From Oxalobacteraceae bacterium (GTDB lineage Bacteria; Pseudomonadota; Gammaproteobacteria; Burkholderiales; Burkholderiaceae_D): a DNA stretch of 64,000 nt. The notes below the pieces were generated by a model that searched no databases, was not told where the DNA came from, and saw nothing but the letters and a program-made list of their open reading frames with translations. Positions 1-11,537 of this stretch are shown here, one piece after another; position 1 is the first letter of the stretch; every line of letters begins with the position of its first letter. Both the position numbers and the translations under genes were made by a program. The DNA lies in assembly GCA_947454475.1 (NCBI GenBank), contig CANGLD010000002.1:4129-68128 (forward strand), written 5' to 3'.

Positions 1-17
1 TGCAAATAAGATAACTC

Positions 18-1253
18 ATGACTAACAACGCTACAAATTCTGCAGTTCCTCTCTCCGATTCCGTGCAATCGGCACTCACCATCATCAAACGCGGTGCGGA
101 GGAATTACTCATTGAATCCGAGTTTGCGCAAAAACTAGCGCATGCTGAACGCACTGCAACACCCTTACGCATCAAGCTAGGTTTGGATCCCACAGCACCT
201 GATTTGCATTTGGGTCATACCGTGGTGTTGAACAAAATGCGACAAATTCAGGATTTGGGGCATACCGTTATTTTTCTGATTGGCGATTTCACTTCCATGA
301 TTGGCGATCCATCCGGACGAAATATCACGCGCCCACCCTTAACGCGTGAAGAAATCGAAATGAATGCGAAGACGTATTTTGCGCAAGCGAGTTTAGTGCT
401 CGATCCTAGTCGCACAGAAATTCGCTACAACTCGGAATGGTGTGATCCACTCGGTGCGCGCGGCATGATTCAGTTATCTGCGCGTTACACCGTTGCACGC
501 ATTTTGGAGCGCGAAGATTTCACAAAACGTTTTAAAGCAGGCACGCCAATTTCTGTACATGAGTTGTTGTACCCGCTCATGCAAGGCTACGATTCAGTCG
601 CATTGAAATCGGATTTGGAAATAGGCGGCACGGATCAGAAATTTAATTTATTAGTCGGTCGTGAACTACAAAAAGATTACGGACAATCGCCGCAGTGCAT
701 CTTAACCATGCCTTTATTAGAAGGATTAGATGGCGTAGAAAAAATGTCTAAGTCCAAAGGCAATTACATAGGTATTACCGAACCTGCTAACACTATGTTT
801 GCTAAGGTGATGAGTATTTCTGATGTCATGATGTGGCGTTACTATGAATTGCTTTCATTCCGTTCACTCACTGAGATAGCGACATTCAAACAAGAAGTTG
901 CCGATGGTCGTAATCCGCGTGATATCAAAGTGTTGTTAGCACAAGAAATCGTAGAACGTTTTCATCATCGTGCTGCAGCTGAGGAAGCAGTGTTAGATTT
1001 TGATAGACGTGCTCGTGGTGGTATTCCTGATGTGGTGCCCGAGATGAATTTGTCTGGTGCGCCATTGGGCATAGGTCAACTACTCAAGCTTGCCAATCTT
1101 TGTGCTTCATCATCGGAAGCATTGCGTATGGTTGAACAAGGTGGTGTGCGCATAGATGGTGAAACCATTAGTGACAAAGGTTTGAAAGTAGAAGTAGGAA
1201 CCTTTGTGCTGCAAGTAGGGAAACGTAAATTTGCTAGAGTCACACTCTCGTGA
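18..1253 (+). CDS. tyrS: Tyrosine--tRNA ligase
   Basis: Class I HLGH and KMSKS motifs, [12 protein letters not shown]-terminal S4-like domain. Confidence 0.97.
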   Translation: MTNNATNSAVPLSDSVQSALTIIKRGAEELLIESEFAQKLAHAERTATPLRIKLGLDPTAPDLHLGHTVVLNKMRQIQDLGHTVIFLIGDFTSMIGDPSGRNITRPPLTREEIEMNAKTYFAQASLVLDPSRTEIRYNSEWCDPLGARGMIQLSARYTVARILEREDFTKRFKAGTPISVHELLYPLMQGYDSVALKSDLEIGGTDQKFNLLVGRELQKDYGQSPQCILTMPLLEGLDGVEKMSKSKGNYIGITEPANTMFAKVMSISDVMMWRYYELLSFRSLTEIATFKQEVADGRNPRDIKVLLAQEIVERFHHRAAAEEAVLDFDRRARGGIPDVVPEMNLSGAPLGIGQLLKLANLCASSSEALRMVEQGGVRIDGETISDKGLKVEVGTFVLQVGKRKFARVTLS

Positions 1254-1723
1254 TTGCCTTGCTACAAAGAGTCACGCAAGCTGGTGTCAGTGTTGAAGGA
1301 CAAGAGATAGGGCGCATACAAAAAGGTTTGATGGTGTTAGTGTGTGCCGAGCGTGATGATACGGAAAAAGAAGCACAAGCCTTGTTAACTAAATTGCTGA
1401 CGTATCGTGTGTTTTCTGATGCGGCTGGCAAAATGAATCTCAATCTCGAACAAGCAGGCGGTGCGTTATTACTCGTGCCGCAATTCACACTAGCAGCGGA
1501 TACCCGCTCTGGCACCCGACCTTCTTTCACGCCTGCAGCACCACCTGACGTAGCGAATAAATTGTTTGATTATTTTGTAGCTATTGCGCGTGATGTACAC
1601 GCCAAAGTTGAAACAGGTCGTTTCGGTGCAGATATGCAAGTGTCATTAACAAACGATGGTCCAGTCACTTTTTGGTTGCAAGTATCACCGCACCATCAAC
1701 AGAAGCATCCAGAGCAGCATTAA
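1250..1723 (+). CDS. dtd: D-aminoacyl-tRNA deacylase
   Basis: LQRV N-terminus, PQFTL and NDGPVT motifs; GTG start overlaps the tyrS stop. Confidence 0.95.
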   Translation: MIALLQRVTQAGVSVEGQEIGRIQKGLMVLVCAERDDTEKEAQALLTKLLTYRVFSDAAGKMNLNLEQAGGALLLVPQFTLAADTRSGTRPSFTPAAPPDVANKLFDYFVAIARDVHAKVETGRFGADMQVSLTNDGPVTFWLQVSPHHQQKHPEQH

Positions 1724-1739
1724 GTTAAGCACACTAGCG

Positions 1740-2381
1740 ATGACAGAAATTATACTAATACGACATGGCGAAACCGATTGGAATCGCGTACGTCGACTAC
1801 AAGGTCATATTGATGTTGATTTAAATGACATGGGTCGGTCGCAGGCACAAGCATTAGCTCAAGCTTTGCATCAAGAAAAGCCGGATGTTATTTATGCGAG
1901 TGATTTACATCGTGCTTTTTATACGGCCCAAGCAGTCGCTGATTTGCATAACATGCAAGTGCACAAAACCAGTGCATTAAGAGAGCGTTGTTATGGTGCT
2001 TTCGAGGGATTGATGTATGACGAAATTAGTCAGCGTTATCCAGAAGCCTATAAAGAATGGCGTTCCCATGATCCTCATGCGCGTTTTCCTGAAGGCGAGC
2101 GGGTAGGTGAAACCATGCAAGAATTTTATACACGTTCAGTACAAGCAGTGACTGCATTAGCTGAACAACATAAAGGACAAAAACTATTATTGCTGACCCA
2201 TGGTGGTGTCTTAGACTGTCTATATCGTTATGCACATAGCATTAGTTTATGGTCAGAGCGTCGTTGTGAAATTGCGAATGCAGCAATTAATCGACTAAGT
2301 TGGAATGGGCAAACCATGCAAGTAATGCAATGGGCAGAGAAGTTACATTTGCAAAATGCTTTAGATGAAATTGATCGTTAA
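1740..2381 (+). CDS. Histidine phosphatase (phosphoglycerate mutase family)
   Basis: RHGETDWN catalytic motif, SDLxRA, HGG; start moved to ATG 1740. Confidence 0.9.
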   Translation: MTEIILIRHGETDWNRVRRLQGHIDVDLNDMGRSQAQALAQALHQEKPDVIYASDLHRAFYTAQAVADLHNMQVHKTSALRERCYGAFEGLMYDEISQRYPEAYKEWRSHDPHARFPEGERVGETMQEFYTRSVQAVTALAEQHKGQKLLLLTHGGVLDCLYRYAHSISLWSERRCEIANAAINRLSWNGQTMQVMQWAEKLHLQNALDEIDR

Positions 2382-2481
2382 CAGCTTAGTCATCTACGCA
2401 TCATTTTTCTTATTCATGCGGCTCTCATTTGCATGATCTTTCCAGATAAAATAGCAGTTCTTATTCTTTCGGATCACCTTC

Positions 2482-3498
2482 GTGCAACTCGGCTCTTACC
2501 AACTCCGCAACAATGTCTTTGTCGCGCCTATGGCAGGTGTAACGGATAGACCATTTCGTCAGTTGTGTAAGGAACTGGGTGCAGGCTATGCCGTCTCTGA
2601 AATGGCAGCATCCAATCCGCGTTTGTGGGCAACAGAAAAAAGCACACGACGTATTAATCACGAAGGTGAGATGGAACCTAAGGCCGTGCAAATTGCAGGT
2701 GCAGAGCCTCAGATGTTGGCAGAAGCAGCGCGCTTTAATGTCGATAGAGGTGCGCAGATCATTGATATCAACATGGGCTGCCCTGTAAAAAAAGTATGTA
2801 ATAAATGGTGTGGTTCAGCTTTGCTGCAAGATGAAATTTTAGTTGCTTCTATACTCGAAGCAGTCGTTGCGGCAGTCGATGTACCTGTCACATTGAAATT
2901 TCGCACAGGTTGGGATAGAGCGCATAAAAATGCACTCACGATTGCACGCATAGCTGAGCAAAGTGGCATAGCCATGTTGACCTTGCATGGTCGTACCCGT
3001 GCCGATGGTTATAGCGGTTTAGCTGAATACGACACCATTGCAGCTGTAAAGGCTGCAGTATCGATACCCGTGGTGGCGAATGGTGATATTGATAGCCCAC
3101 ACAAAGCTAAAGCGGTGTTAGAAAAAACCGGTGCTGATGCCGTCATGATAGGTCGTGCTGCACAAGGACGTCCTTGGATATTTCGTGAGATAGATTATTT
3201 TTTACGAACAGGCCAACTTTTGCCTGCACCTGAAGTTAATGAAGTGCGTGCATTAATGGCGCAGCATTTACAGGCGCATTACAGCTTCTATGGCACATAT
3301 TTAGGTGTGCGCACAGCACGTAAACATATCGCTTGGTATGTGCAAGGTTTAGAAGGTGAGAAAATTTTTCGTCAGCATATGAATACGTTGGAAAATTGCG
3401 AACAACAACTACAAGCAGTCGATGTTTTTTTCGAATCTCAGCTAGCATGGGGCGAGCGGTTACAATATGCCCCCGCCCGAGAAAAGCTGGCGGCCTGA
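2482..3498 (+). CDS. dusB: tRNA-dihydrouridine synthase B
   Basis: APMAGVTD, DINMGCP, NGDI motifs; upstream of fis. Confidence 0.95.
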   Translation: MQLGSYQLRNNVFVAPMAGVTDRPFRQLCKELGAGYAVSEMAASNPRLWATEKSTRRINHEGEMEPKAVQIAGAEPQMLAEAARFNVDRGAQIIDINMGCPVKKVCNKWCGSALLQDEILVASILEAVVAAVDVPVTLKFRTGWDRAHKNALTIARIAEQSGIAMLTLHGRTRADGYSGLAEYDTIAAVKAAVSIPVVANGDIDSPHKAKAVLEKTGADAVMIGRAAQGRPWIFREIDYFLRTGQLLPAPEVNEVRALMAQHLQAHYSFYGTYLGVRTARKHIAWYVQGLEGEKIFRQHMNTLENCEQQLQAVDVFFESQLAWGERLQYAPAREKLAA

Positions 3499-3528
3499 CA
3501 GACCCAACATTTTTTGTATCGGTTTCGC

Positions 3529-3762
3529 ATGAGCAAAGACAACATTCAAGACGTTGTGAGAAAAAGTCTCGAAAAATATTTTCGGGATTTAGGCGAGTTA
3601 GAGCCCTCCAACGTATATGAGATGGTAATTTTTACAGTAGAAAAACCTATTCTTGAAGCGGTGATGGATCGTGCCGAGGGTAATCAGTCGCATGCTGCAG
3701 AAATGTTGGGTATTAATCGCAATACATTGCGCAAAAAATTACAGCAACATGATTTGATATAA
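3529..3762 (+). CDS. fis: Fis family DNA-binding protein
   Basis: GNQSHAAEMLGINRNTLRKKL HTH; dusB-fis-purH order. Confidence 0.92.
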   Translation: MSKDNIQDVVRKSLEKYFRDLGELEPSNVYEMVIFTVEKPILEAVMDRAEGNQSHAAEMLGINRNTLRKKLQQHDLI

Positions 3763-3871
3763 AGCGGCAGTGCTGTGGGTTGTTCATTAGTACAGTATGC
3801 GCAGTAATGAAATTCAAAGTTAGTCACTATCTCTAGACTCTTTTTAGACACTCATCTTTTTTCAAATAACC

Positions 3872-5437
3872 ATGATTAAACAAGCACTGATTTCCGTCTC
3901 AGACAAAACCGGTGTACTCGAATTCGCCCGTGCCTTACATGCGATGCAGGTCAAGTTACTCTCTACAGGTGGTACAGCAAAAATGTTGGCAGAGCATGGA
4001 CTGCCAGTGACAGAAGTGGCGGATTACACAGGCTTTCCTGAAATGTTAGATGGTCGAGTTAAGACTCTGCATCCGAAGGTGCATGGCGGCATACTGGCGC
4101 GTCGTGATATGCAATCACACACCGATGCCTTGCAAGCGCATGACATACCCACTATCGATATGGTGGTGGTCAATCTGTATCCTTTTCAGCAAACTGTCGC
4201 AAAAGATCAGTGCAGTCTAGAAGACGCCATTGAAAACATCGATATCGGTGGCCCAGCGATGCTGCGCTCTTCTGCAAAAAATCATAAAGATGTTGTCGTC
4301 ATTTGTGATCCAGCAGACTATCAAACTGTGTTGCAAGAAATGCAGACTAACCAAGGTGAGGTCTGTTTTGATACACGCTTTGGATTGGCATTAAAAGTTT
4401 TTGCGCATACAGCGCAATACGATGGCTCCATCACGAATTATCTGAGTTCACTCGGTGAAGATCGTCAACACACTACACGCTCTGCTTATCCCGCTACGCT
4501 TAATCTGCAATTCGAAAAAGTGCAAGACATGCGGTATGGTGAAAATCCGCATCAGTCGGCAGCTTTTTATCGCGATGCGCAAACAGTCGATGGTACGCTA
4601 GCGAATTACACACAACTGCAAGGCAAAGAACTTTCTTATAACAACATCGCTGATGCCGACGCAGCTTGGGAATGTGTAAAATCTTTTGCTACACCAGCCT
4701 GCGTCATCATTAAACATGCCAATCCTTGCGGTGTTGCTTTAGGTGCCAACGCATTAGAAGCCTATAGCAAAGCATTACAAACCGATCCCACCTCTGCATT
4801 TGGCGGCATTATTGCGTTTAATGTGGAATGTGATGGTTTAGCTGCTGAAGCAGTTGCCAAACAATTTGTTGAAGTTTTAATCGCGCCTTCTTTTACAGCA
4901 GAAGCACGTAAAGTATTTGAAGCAAAACAAAATGTGCGCTTACTAGAAATTCCGCTAGCGCATGGTAATAATGCGTATGACTTTAAACGTGTGGGTGGTG
5001 GTGTGTTATTGCAATCACCTGATGCAAAAAATGTCGCGCTGTCTGAATTAAAAATCGTCAGTAAAAAACAGCCAACGCCAGAACAATTACAAGACATGCT
5101 CTTTGCATGGAAGGTGGCAAAGTTTGTGAAGTCAAATGCGATTGTATTTTGCGGCAAAGGTATGACACTCGGTGTGGGTGCAGGACAAATGAGTCGGGTT
5201 GATTCAGCACGCATTGCATCGATTAAAGCGCAAAACGCAGGATTAACACTTGCGGGATCCGTGGTCGCTTCCGATGCCTTCTTCCCTTTCCGTGATGGTT
5301 TAGATGTAGTCGTCGCTGCAGGTGCAACAGCCGTAATACAACCTGGTGGTTCTATGCGTGATCAAGAAGTCATGGATGCAGCGGATGAACAAGGCGTGGT
5401 CATGGCGCTCACCGGCGTTAGACATTTCAGACATTAA
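3872..5437 (+). CDS. purH: Bifunctional AICAR transformylase/IMP cyclohydrolase
   Basis: [31 protein letters not shown]-terminus. Confidence 0.98.
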   Translation: MIKQALISVSDKTGVLEFARALHAMQVKLLSTGGTAKMLAEHGLPVTEVADYTGFPEMLDGRVKTLHPKVHGGILARRDMQSHTDALQAHDIPTIDMVVVNLYPFQQTVAKDQCSLEDAIENIDIGGPAMLRSSAKNHKDVVVICDPADYQTVLQEMQTNQGEVCFDTRFGLALKVFAHTAQYDGSITNYLSSLGEDRQHTTRSAYPATLNLQFEKVQDMRYGENPHQSAAFYRDAQTVDGTLANYTQLQGKELSYNNIADADAAWECVKSFATPACVIIKHANPCGVALGANALEAYSKALQTDPTSAFGGIIAFNVECDGLAAEAVAKQFVEVLIAPSFTAEARKVFEAKQNVRLLEIPLAHGNNAYDFKRVGGGVLLQSPDAKNVALSELKIVSKKQPTPEQLQDMLFAWKVAKFVKSNAIVFCGKGMTLGVGAGQMSRVDSARIASIKAQNAGLTLAGSVVASDAFFPFRDGLDVVVAAGATAVIQPGGSMRDQEVMDAADEQGVVMALTGVRHFRH

Positions 5438-5458
5438 AACAGATTATAAAAACAGCGT

Positions 5459-6001
5459 ATGATCATCTTAGGCATAGATCCAGGGCTGAATGTCACAGGC
5501 TTTGGCGTCATCCGCAAAGAAGGTCAAAAATTAATTTACATCGCCTCCGGTACGATACGCATTCCACAAGGTGATTTGCCCTCGCGCTTAAAAGTGATTT
5601 TGGATGGTGTGGGTGAAGTGATAAAAACTTATCAACCCAGCTGTGCTGCAATAGAAATTGTGTTTTCTAATGTGAATCCACAATCCACTTTATTATTAGG
5701 ACAAGCGCGTGGTGCGGCTATCTGTGGTTTAGTGCAAGCCAATCTTAGCGTAGCTGAATACACCGCTTTACAAGTTAAAAAAGCCGTAGTGGGTCAGGGT
5801 AAAGCGCAGAAATCACAAGTGCAAGAAATGGTGCAACGCTTACTTTCATTAAAAGGTTTGCCAGGTACAGATGCAGCAGATGCATTAGCCGTAGCGATTT
5901 GTCATGCACATAGTGCTGCAGGAACCGCAGGCTTAGCAGCATTAGCACCTGAACTAGCGCGCAAAGGTTTGCGCCTCAAAGGTGGTCGTTTAGTCGGATA
6001 A
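5459..6001 (+). CDS. ruvC: Holliday junction endodeoxyribonuclease RuvC
   Basis: [19 protein letters not shown]. Confidence 0.97.
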   Translation: MIILGIDPGLNVTGFGVIRKEGQKLIYIASGTIRIPQGDLPSRLKVILDGVGEVIKTYQPSCAAIEIVFSNVNPQSTLLLGQARGAAICGLVQANLSVAEYTALQVKKAVVGQGKAQKSQVQEMVQRLLSLKGLPGTDAADALAVAICHAHSAAGTAGLAALAPELARKGLRLKGGRLVG

Positions 6002-6063
6002 GCTAAAAGTCATTACTGCCTATTCGTTTTAAAATATTTTGAAATCAATTTCGGAACACGCGC

Positions 6064-6639
6064 ATGATAGGTCGTCTCGTTGGCATACTCGTAGATAAAA
6101 ATCCATTGCAGTTATTAGTTGACTGCAATGGCGTAGGCTATGAAGTCAGCGTACCTATGAGTACGTTTTATAACTTGCCAGCAGCAGGTGAAAAAATAAC
6201 GTTGCTCACGCATTTCGTCGTGCGCGAAGATGCACAATTGTTATATGGCTTTGGCAGCACAGAAGAGCGTGAACTATTCAGACAGCTCATTAAAATCAGT
6301 GGAGTGGGTGCGCGCACTGCATTGTCCCTGTTGTCTGGCATGTCGGTTGCTGATCTTGCGCAGGCAGTCACCTTGCAAGAACCTGCGCGCTTAACCCGTA
6401 TTCCTGGTGTAGGTAAAAAAACAGCAGAGCGTTTGCTGCTAGAACTAAAAGGAAAATTAGGCGCAGATCTGGGTGCGGGAAGTGGCGCAGCACCGGATGT
6501 GAACACCGATATATTGAACGCCTTAATCGCATTGGGTTATTCCGACAAAGAAGCCATGCTCGCGGTCAAACAAGTCCCAGCAGGCAGCACCGTCACCGAA
6601 GGCATACGTCAGGCTTTGAAAGCTTTATCCAAAGTCTGA
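6064..6639 (+). CDS. ruvA: Holliday junction branch migration protein RuvA
   Basis: GVGYEV, LYGF, two HhH motifs, ALIALGY. Confidence 0.97.
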   Translation: MIGRLVGILVDKNPLQLLVDCNGVGYEVSVPMSTFYNLPAAGEKITLLTHFVVREDAQLLYGFGSTEERELFRQLIKISGVGARTALSLLSGMSVADLAQAVTLQEPARLTRIPGVGKKTAERLLLELKGKLGADLGAGSGAAPDVNTDILNALIALGYSDKEAMLAVKQVPAGSTVTEGIRQALKALSKV

Positions 6640-6678
6640 TAAAACCGTCTTTCATCCTCCTCAGGCTACAATGCTGTC

Positions 6679-7737
6679 ATGAGCATACAGACCGACGATT
6701 TCAACGAACAACGCATTATTGCGGCGACACCCGTTTCGCCGAATGAAGAGGCGATAGAGCGTGCTTTGCGTCCACATAAACTGGATGAATACGTTGGACA
6801 AGAAAAAATTCGTGATCAGTTAAATATTTTTATCACTGCTGCAAAAAATCGCAGTGAAGCACTCGACCACACTTTGCTATTTGGCCCTCCGGGTTTAGGT
6901 AAAACCACACTGGCGCATATTATTGCGCGCGAAATGGGTGTGAATCTGCGTCAGACTTCAGGTCCAGTATTAGAGCGTGCGGGTGATCTTGCAGCTTTGC
7001 TGACGAATCTAGAAGCGAATGATGTCTTGTTCATTGATGAGATACATCGCTTATCTCCCGTTGTAGAAGAAATTCTTTATCCCGCTCTTGAGGACTATCA
7101 AATCGACATCATGATAGGTGAAGGTCCTGCTGCACGTTCAGTGCGCCTTGATCTACAACCCTTTACCTTAGTCGGTGCCACTACACGCGCTGGGATGTTG
7201 ACTAATCCTTTGCGTGATCGATTTGGTATTGTGGGTCGACTCGAGTTTTATACACCTGAGCAGTTAGCACGCATCGTCACACGTAGTGCAGCTTTATTAA
7301 AAGCGGTGATTGAAGGTGAGGGTGCTTTAGAAATTGCGCGACGCAGTCGTGGCACACCACGTATTGCGAATCGTTTATTAAGACGTGTGCGCGATTATGC
7401 AGAAGTCAAAGGTAAAGGCGAGATCACGAAAGAAATGGCAGATGCTGCCTTAGTAATGCTAGATGTAGATCCAGTTGGTTTTGATCTGATGGATCGCAAA
7501 CTTTTAGAAGCCGTGCTATTTAAATTTGGTGGCGGACCAGTGGGGTTAGATAATCTCGCTGCAGCCATTGGTGAAGAACGTGACACCATTGAAGATGTAC
7601 TTGAACCTTATTTAATACAACAAGGCTTTTTACAACGTACACCACGTGGTCGCATTGCGACACCCATTGCGTATAGACATTTTGGTGTTACTGCACCTAA
7701 AACGAGTCCCAACGGTGATTTGTGGGATCAACACTAA
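6679..7737 (+). CDS. ruvB: Holliday junction helicase RuvB
   Basis: GPPGLGKTT Walker A, FIDEIHR, RTPRGR. Confidence 0.98.
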   Translation: MSIQTDDFNEQRIIAATPVSPNEEAIERALRPHKLDEYVGQEKIRDQLNIFITAAKNRSEALDHTLLFGPPGLGKTTLAHIIAREMGVNLRQTSGPVLERAGDLAALLTNLEANDVLFIDEIHRLSPVVEEILYPALEDYQIDIMIGEGPAARSVRLDLQPFTLVGATTRAGMLTNPLRDRFGIVGRLEFYTPEQLARIVTRSAALLKAVIEGEGALEIARRSRGTPRIANRLLRRVRDYAEVKGKGEITKEMADAALVMLDVDPVGFDLMDRKLLEAVLFKFGGGPVGLDNLAAAIGEERDTIEDVLEPYLIQQGFLQRTPRGRIATPIAYRHFGVTAPKTSPNGDLWDQH

Positions 7738-7784
7738 TTTTCACTGCATGATGTACTCAGCGTCATTCACACACAGTAGAAAAA

Positions 7785-7822
7785 TTAGTTGAAACACTTA
7801 GTTAAAACACTTAGTTAAAACA
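7785..7822. repeat. 13-bp tandem repeat, about 3 copies
   Basis: TTAGTTGAAACAC TTAGTTAAAACAC TTAGTTAAAACA. Confidence 0.85.
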
Positions 7823-7825
7823 TTG

Positions 7826-7863
7826 CTTCAGTTCTGACTTTAGTATTGGTGTCAGAACTGAAG
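7826..7863. terminator. Hairpin between convergent ruvB and DUF2147 genes, likely bidirectional terminator
   Basis: CTTCAGTTCTGAC-N12-GTCAGAACTGAAG perfect 13-bp stem. Confidence 0.7.
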
Positions 7864-7873
7864 GAGTTTTTAC

Positions 7874-8338
7874 TTATTGTTCTCTCACCCAAATTTGCGT
7901 TCTACCTAAAAGTGCCATGCCTATAAAGCCGCGCACATGTAGTTTTTTACCCTGTTCTTCTGTCCACATTTTGCATTTATACGTCTTGCCGTTTTTTGGA
8001 TCGGTAATTTCACCGCCAGCATAGATTTTTCCATCATGCTTCAAGCCAGTCATAATCATCATGCCGATCACAGGCTTGTCTTTTTTATCGCCCGTACATT
8101 TATCGCAGCGTGGAGTTTGATCTTCACTTGGCTCGCGAAATAATTTTTCTATCGTGCCTTGAAATTCACCATTCACTTCAGTAATGCGCACCAAAGATTT
8201 TGCTTTGCCTGTTTCATCATCAATCGTGCGCCACAAACCAACGGGCGATATTGCATCTGCTGCATACGAAGGTGAAACAGCAGCACTGAACAGCGCTACT
8301 GCGAAAGTTAAGGCTCTAAGAATAATTTTTTGCATCAT
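7874..8338 (-). CDS. DUF2147-like exported protein
   Basis: Signal peptide; GLWRTIDD, DPKNGKTY, LGRTQIW motifs. Confidence 0.85.
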   Translation of the reverse strand: MMQKIILRALTFAVALFSAAVSPSYAADAISPVGLWRTIDDETGKAKSLVRITEVNGEFQGTIEKLFREPSEDQTPRCDKCTGDKKDKPVIGMMIMTGLKHDGKIYAGGEITDPKNGKTYKCKMWTEEQGKKLHVRGFIGMALLGRTQIWVREQ

Positions 8339-8377
8339 GTCGTCTCCTTGTTATTTTTTATGGGTAGTGCAGTTAGA

Positions 8378-11203
8378 TTATTTTAGTTTTAATATTTGAT
8401 CACGTAATTTTTCTAACGTAGCAGAAAAATTCGCAACCCGTTCTTTTTCTTGCGCCACTACTTGTGCAGGTGCGCGTGCCACAAAACTTTCATTTTCTAG
8501 TTTTGCATTCGCTTTAGTGATTTCACCTTCTAAGCGCGTGATTTCTTTGCTAAGACGTTCACGCTCAGCAGCAACATCAATTTCCACTTTCAACATCAGA
8601 CGAGTGGTGTTCACAACGGAAACTGGAGCAGGTGAGTCAGGTAATTTCTCAACCACTTCAACTTGCGACAGTTTTGCCAATGCTTGCAAATAAGGTGCGA
8701 ATCCACTTAAGCGCGCATGATCTTGCCCTTCTACGATGAGCGGCACTTTGGTTGCAGGTGATAACTGCATTTCACCACGCAAATTACGACAAGCATCGGT
8801 GAGTGCTTTGAGTTCTTGCATCCAGCCTTCAGCCTTTTCATCAATTTTCTTGAGATTAGGTTCAGGATAAGCCTGCAGCATAATGGAATCACCTGCAGGG
8901 TTCAGCGTGCGACCTGAAAGCGGCGCAACGGTTTGCCATAATTGCTCAGTCACGAAAGGAATGATAGGGTGAGCAAGACGTAAAACCGTTTCAAGCACAC
9001 GCAATAAAGTGCGACGCGTTGCGCGTTGTTGTGCTTCACTGCCTTGTTGTAACTGCACCTTAGCGACTTCTAAATACCAATCGCAATATTCATCCCAAAT
9101 GAATTTATAAATAGCAGTAGCGATATTGTCGAAACGGTAGTCTGCAAAGCCTTTTTCTACTTCTGCTTCGGTGCGCTGTAATTGCGACACGATCCAACGA
9201 TCAGCTTGTGAGAAATCGAGATAGCTACCCGTTGCGCAAGCTTCAGCACCATGTTCTTCCAGACCACAGTCCTTACCTTCGGTATTCATTAAAACAAAGC
9301 GCGTAGCATTCCACAGCTTGTTGCAAAAATTTCTATAACCTTCGCAACGACTTAAATCAAAATTAATATTTCTACCGAGTGAGGCATAACTCGCCATTGT
9401 GAAACGTAATGCATCCGTACCAAACGCAGCAATACCATTTGCAAATTCTTTGCGAGTAGCTTTAGCAATGCTCTCTGCTTGTTTAGGATTCATTAAACCT
9501 GCAGTACGTTTAGCAACTAAGGCTTCTACTTCTATGCCATCAATCAGATCAATTGGATCTAAAGTATTACCCTTAGACTTAGACATCTTCTGGCCTTGAG
9601 CATCACGCACCAATCCATGTACATAGACAGTATTGAAAGGGACTTTGCCAGTGAAGTGCGTGGTCATCATCACCATACGCGCGACCCAGAAGAAAATAAT
9701 GTCAAAGCCAGTGACCAAGACTGAAGAAGGTAAAAACATCTTCATATCAGGCGTTTCTTCAGGCCAGCCTAAAGTCGAGAACGGCACCAATGCGGAAGAG
9801 AACCAGGTATCGAGCACATCTTCATCGCGGGTTAACTTACCTGTATAACCTGCTGCATGTGCTTTGGCGAGTGCTTCGGTTTCAGTGCGTGCAACATAAT
9901 AATTACCAGCATCGTCATACCATGCAGGTATTTGATGGCCCCACCATAACTGACGTGAGATACACCAGTCTTGAATATTGTTGAGCCACTGGTTGTAGGT
10001 TGTGCTCCAGTTTTCAGGCACAAATTTCACTTCACCTTGCGCGACTTTTTCTAATGCCACTTCTGCAATCGATTTGCCAGGAAAGTGCGTGCCCGCTGGT
10101 GCTGGCTTACTCATAGCAACAAACCATTGATCAGTCAGCATAGGTTCAATCACCACACCAGTACGATCACCACGAGGCACCATGAGTTTATGCGGCTTCA
10201 CCAGTTCTAATAAACCTTGTGCATCCAGATCAGCCACAATTTGTTTACGTGCGACGAATCTATCCATGCCACGATAAGCAAGCGGTGCGGTGTCATTTAC
10301 TTTTGCATCAAGCGTGAAGATGTTGATCAGTTCACATTGATGGCGCTGTCCTACAGCATAGTCATTGAAATCATGTGCAGGAGTGATTTTGACGCAGCCT
10401 GTACCAAAAGCTTTATCGACATAGCTATCCGCAATCACAGGAATTTCACGATCCGTTAATGGCAGTTTGAGTTTTTTGCCTATGAATTGTGTGTAACGTT
10501 CATCAGTTGGATCGACAGCAACTGCCACGTCGCCTAATAAGGTCTCAGGACGAGTCGTCGCAACAGTTAAATGACCACTCCCATCCACGAAGGGATAACG
10601 TATGTGCCACATACTGCCATCTTCTTCTTCCGACACCACTTCCAGATCTGACACAGCGGTGCCTAACACCGGATCCCAATTCACTAAACGCTTGCCGCGA
10701 TAAATCAAACCTTGTTCAACTAAACGCACAAACACTTCCGTCACCGCTTTGGACATTTTGTCGTCCATCGTGAAGTATTCGCGCTTCCAGTCTGGCGAAG
10801 TGCCCATGCGACGCATTTGTCCTGTAATGGTGGAGCCTGAATGCTCTTTCCATTCCCAGACTTTTTCTAAAAATTTTTCGCGACCTAAATCATGACGTGA
10901 AATTTTTTGTGCATCGAGCTGGCGCTCCACCACGATTTGCGTAGCAATACCGGCGTGATCCGTGCCAGGTATCCAAGCTGTGTTGTGGCCACGCATACGA
11001 TAGTAGCGAGTTAGGCCATCCATAATCGTCTGATTGAATGCATGCCCCATGTGCAGCGTGCCCGTCACATTCGGTGGTGGCAGCTGAATGCTGAATGATG
11101 GTTTATTGGCATCGGTAGTCGCAGCAAAATAGCCGCGCTTTTCCCATTCAGAACGCCAATATTGTTCGATTTCTGCCGGTTCGAAGGCTTTAGCCAGTTC
11201 CAT
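8378..11203 (-). CDS. valS: Valine--tRNA ligase
   Basis: [31 protein letters not shown]-terminal coiled coil. Confidence 0.98.
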   Translation of the reverse strand: MELAKAFEPAEIEQYWRSEWEKRGYFAATTDANKPSFSIQLPPPNVTGTLHMGHAFNQTIMDGLTRYYRMRGHNTAWIPGTDHAGIATQIVVERQLDAQKISRHDLGREKFLEKVWEWKEHSGSTITGQMRRMGTSPDWKREYFTMDDKMSKAVTEVFVRLVEQGLIYRGKRLVNWDPVLGTAVSDLEVVSEEEDGSMWHIRYPFVDGSGHLTVATTRPETLLGDVAVAVDPTDERYTQFIGKKLKLPLTDREIPVIADSYVDKAFGTGCVKITPAHDFNDYAVGQRHQCELINIFTLDAKVNDTAPLAYRGMDRFVARKQIVADLDAQGLLELVKPHKLMVPRGDRTGVVIEPMLTDQWFVAMSKPAPAGTHFPGKSIAEVALEKVAQGEVKFVPENWSTTYNQWLNNIQDWCISRQLWWGHQIPAWYDDAGNYYVARTETEALAKAHAAGYTGKLTRDEDVLDTWFSSALVPFSTLGWPEETPDMKMFLPSSVLVTGFDIIFFWVARMVMMTTHFTGKVPFNTVYVHGLVRDAQGQKMSKSKGNTLDPIDLIDGIEVEALVAKRTAGLMNPKQAESIAKATRKEFANGIAAFGTDALRFTMASYASLGRNINFDLSRCEGYRNFCNKLWNATRFVLMNTEGKDCGLEEHGAEACATGSYLDFSQADRWIVSQLQRTEAEVEKGFADYRFDNIATAIYKFIWDEYCDWYLEVAKVQLQQGSEAQQRATRRTLLRVLETVLRLAHPIIPFVTEQLWQTVAPLSGRTLNPAGDSIMLQAYPEPNLKKIDEKAEGWMQELKALTDACRNLRGEMQLSPATKVPLIVEGQDHARLSGFAPYLQALAKLSQVEVVEKLPDSPAPVSVVNTTRLMLKVEIDVAAERERLSKEITRLEGEITKANAKLENESFVARAPAQVVAQEKERVANFSATLEKLRDQILKLK

Positions 11204-11407
11204 GATTTTGCTCAAAATTTTGCGGAAGGCTGAATTATACGGGGCAGCACAGGATAGGTGGAATCAGTATTAAAGCCATAAATTGGGGTTTTCAGATGGC
11301 TTGAAAAATAATCCGCAAGCTTAAAGAATCAAAAGCTAGTCAATCGAGATAAATACTGAAAAGACGCAGCTTTTTAATGAATTCAGTTAAATAAATAATA
11401 AAACCGT

Positions 11408-11435
11408 GAAACTGAATTTGATAATACACAACTCA
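11408..11435 (+). promoter_or_regulatory. Putative ECF/HrpL-like promoter of F-box/LRR copy 1
   Basis: GAAACT-N15-CAACTCA about 100 bp upstream of the ATG; resembles the hrp box GGAACC-N15/16-CCACNNA. Confidence 0.45.
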
Positions 11436-11537
11436 ATTGCCTGCAATAAGCGCTTGCCTTAACGAAATTTCAATCAAGACTCGATTTTTTGTTGGCAAGT
11501 TTGATGAACAATTGATTTGGAGTATTAAAAACATACT

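Noticed and set aside
7785-7822. 13-bp repeats (and the 45-bp repeats at 11787) as a CRISPR array
   Set aside because: The repeats are directly adjacent with no spacers, and there are no cas genes.
11492-11510. TTGGCA in the LRR leaders as a sigma54 promoter
   Set aside because: There is no GC dinucleotide at the -12 position (GG-N10-GC) in any of the four copies.
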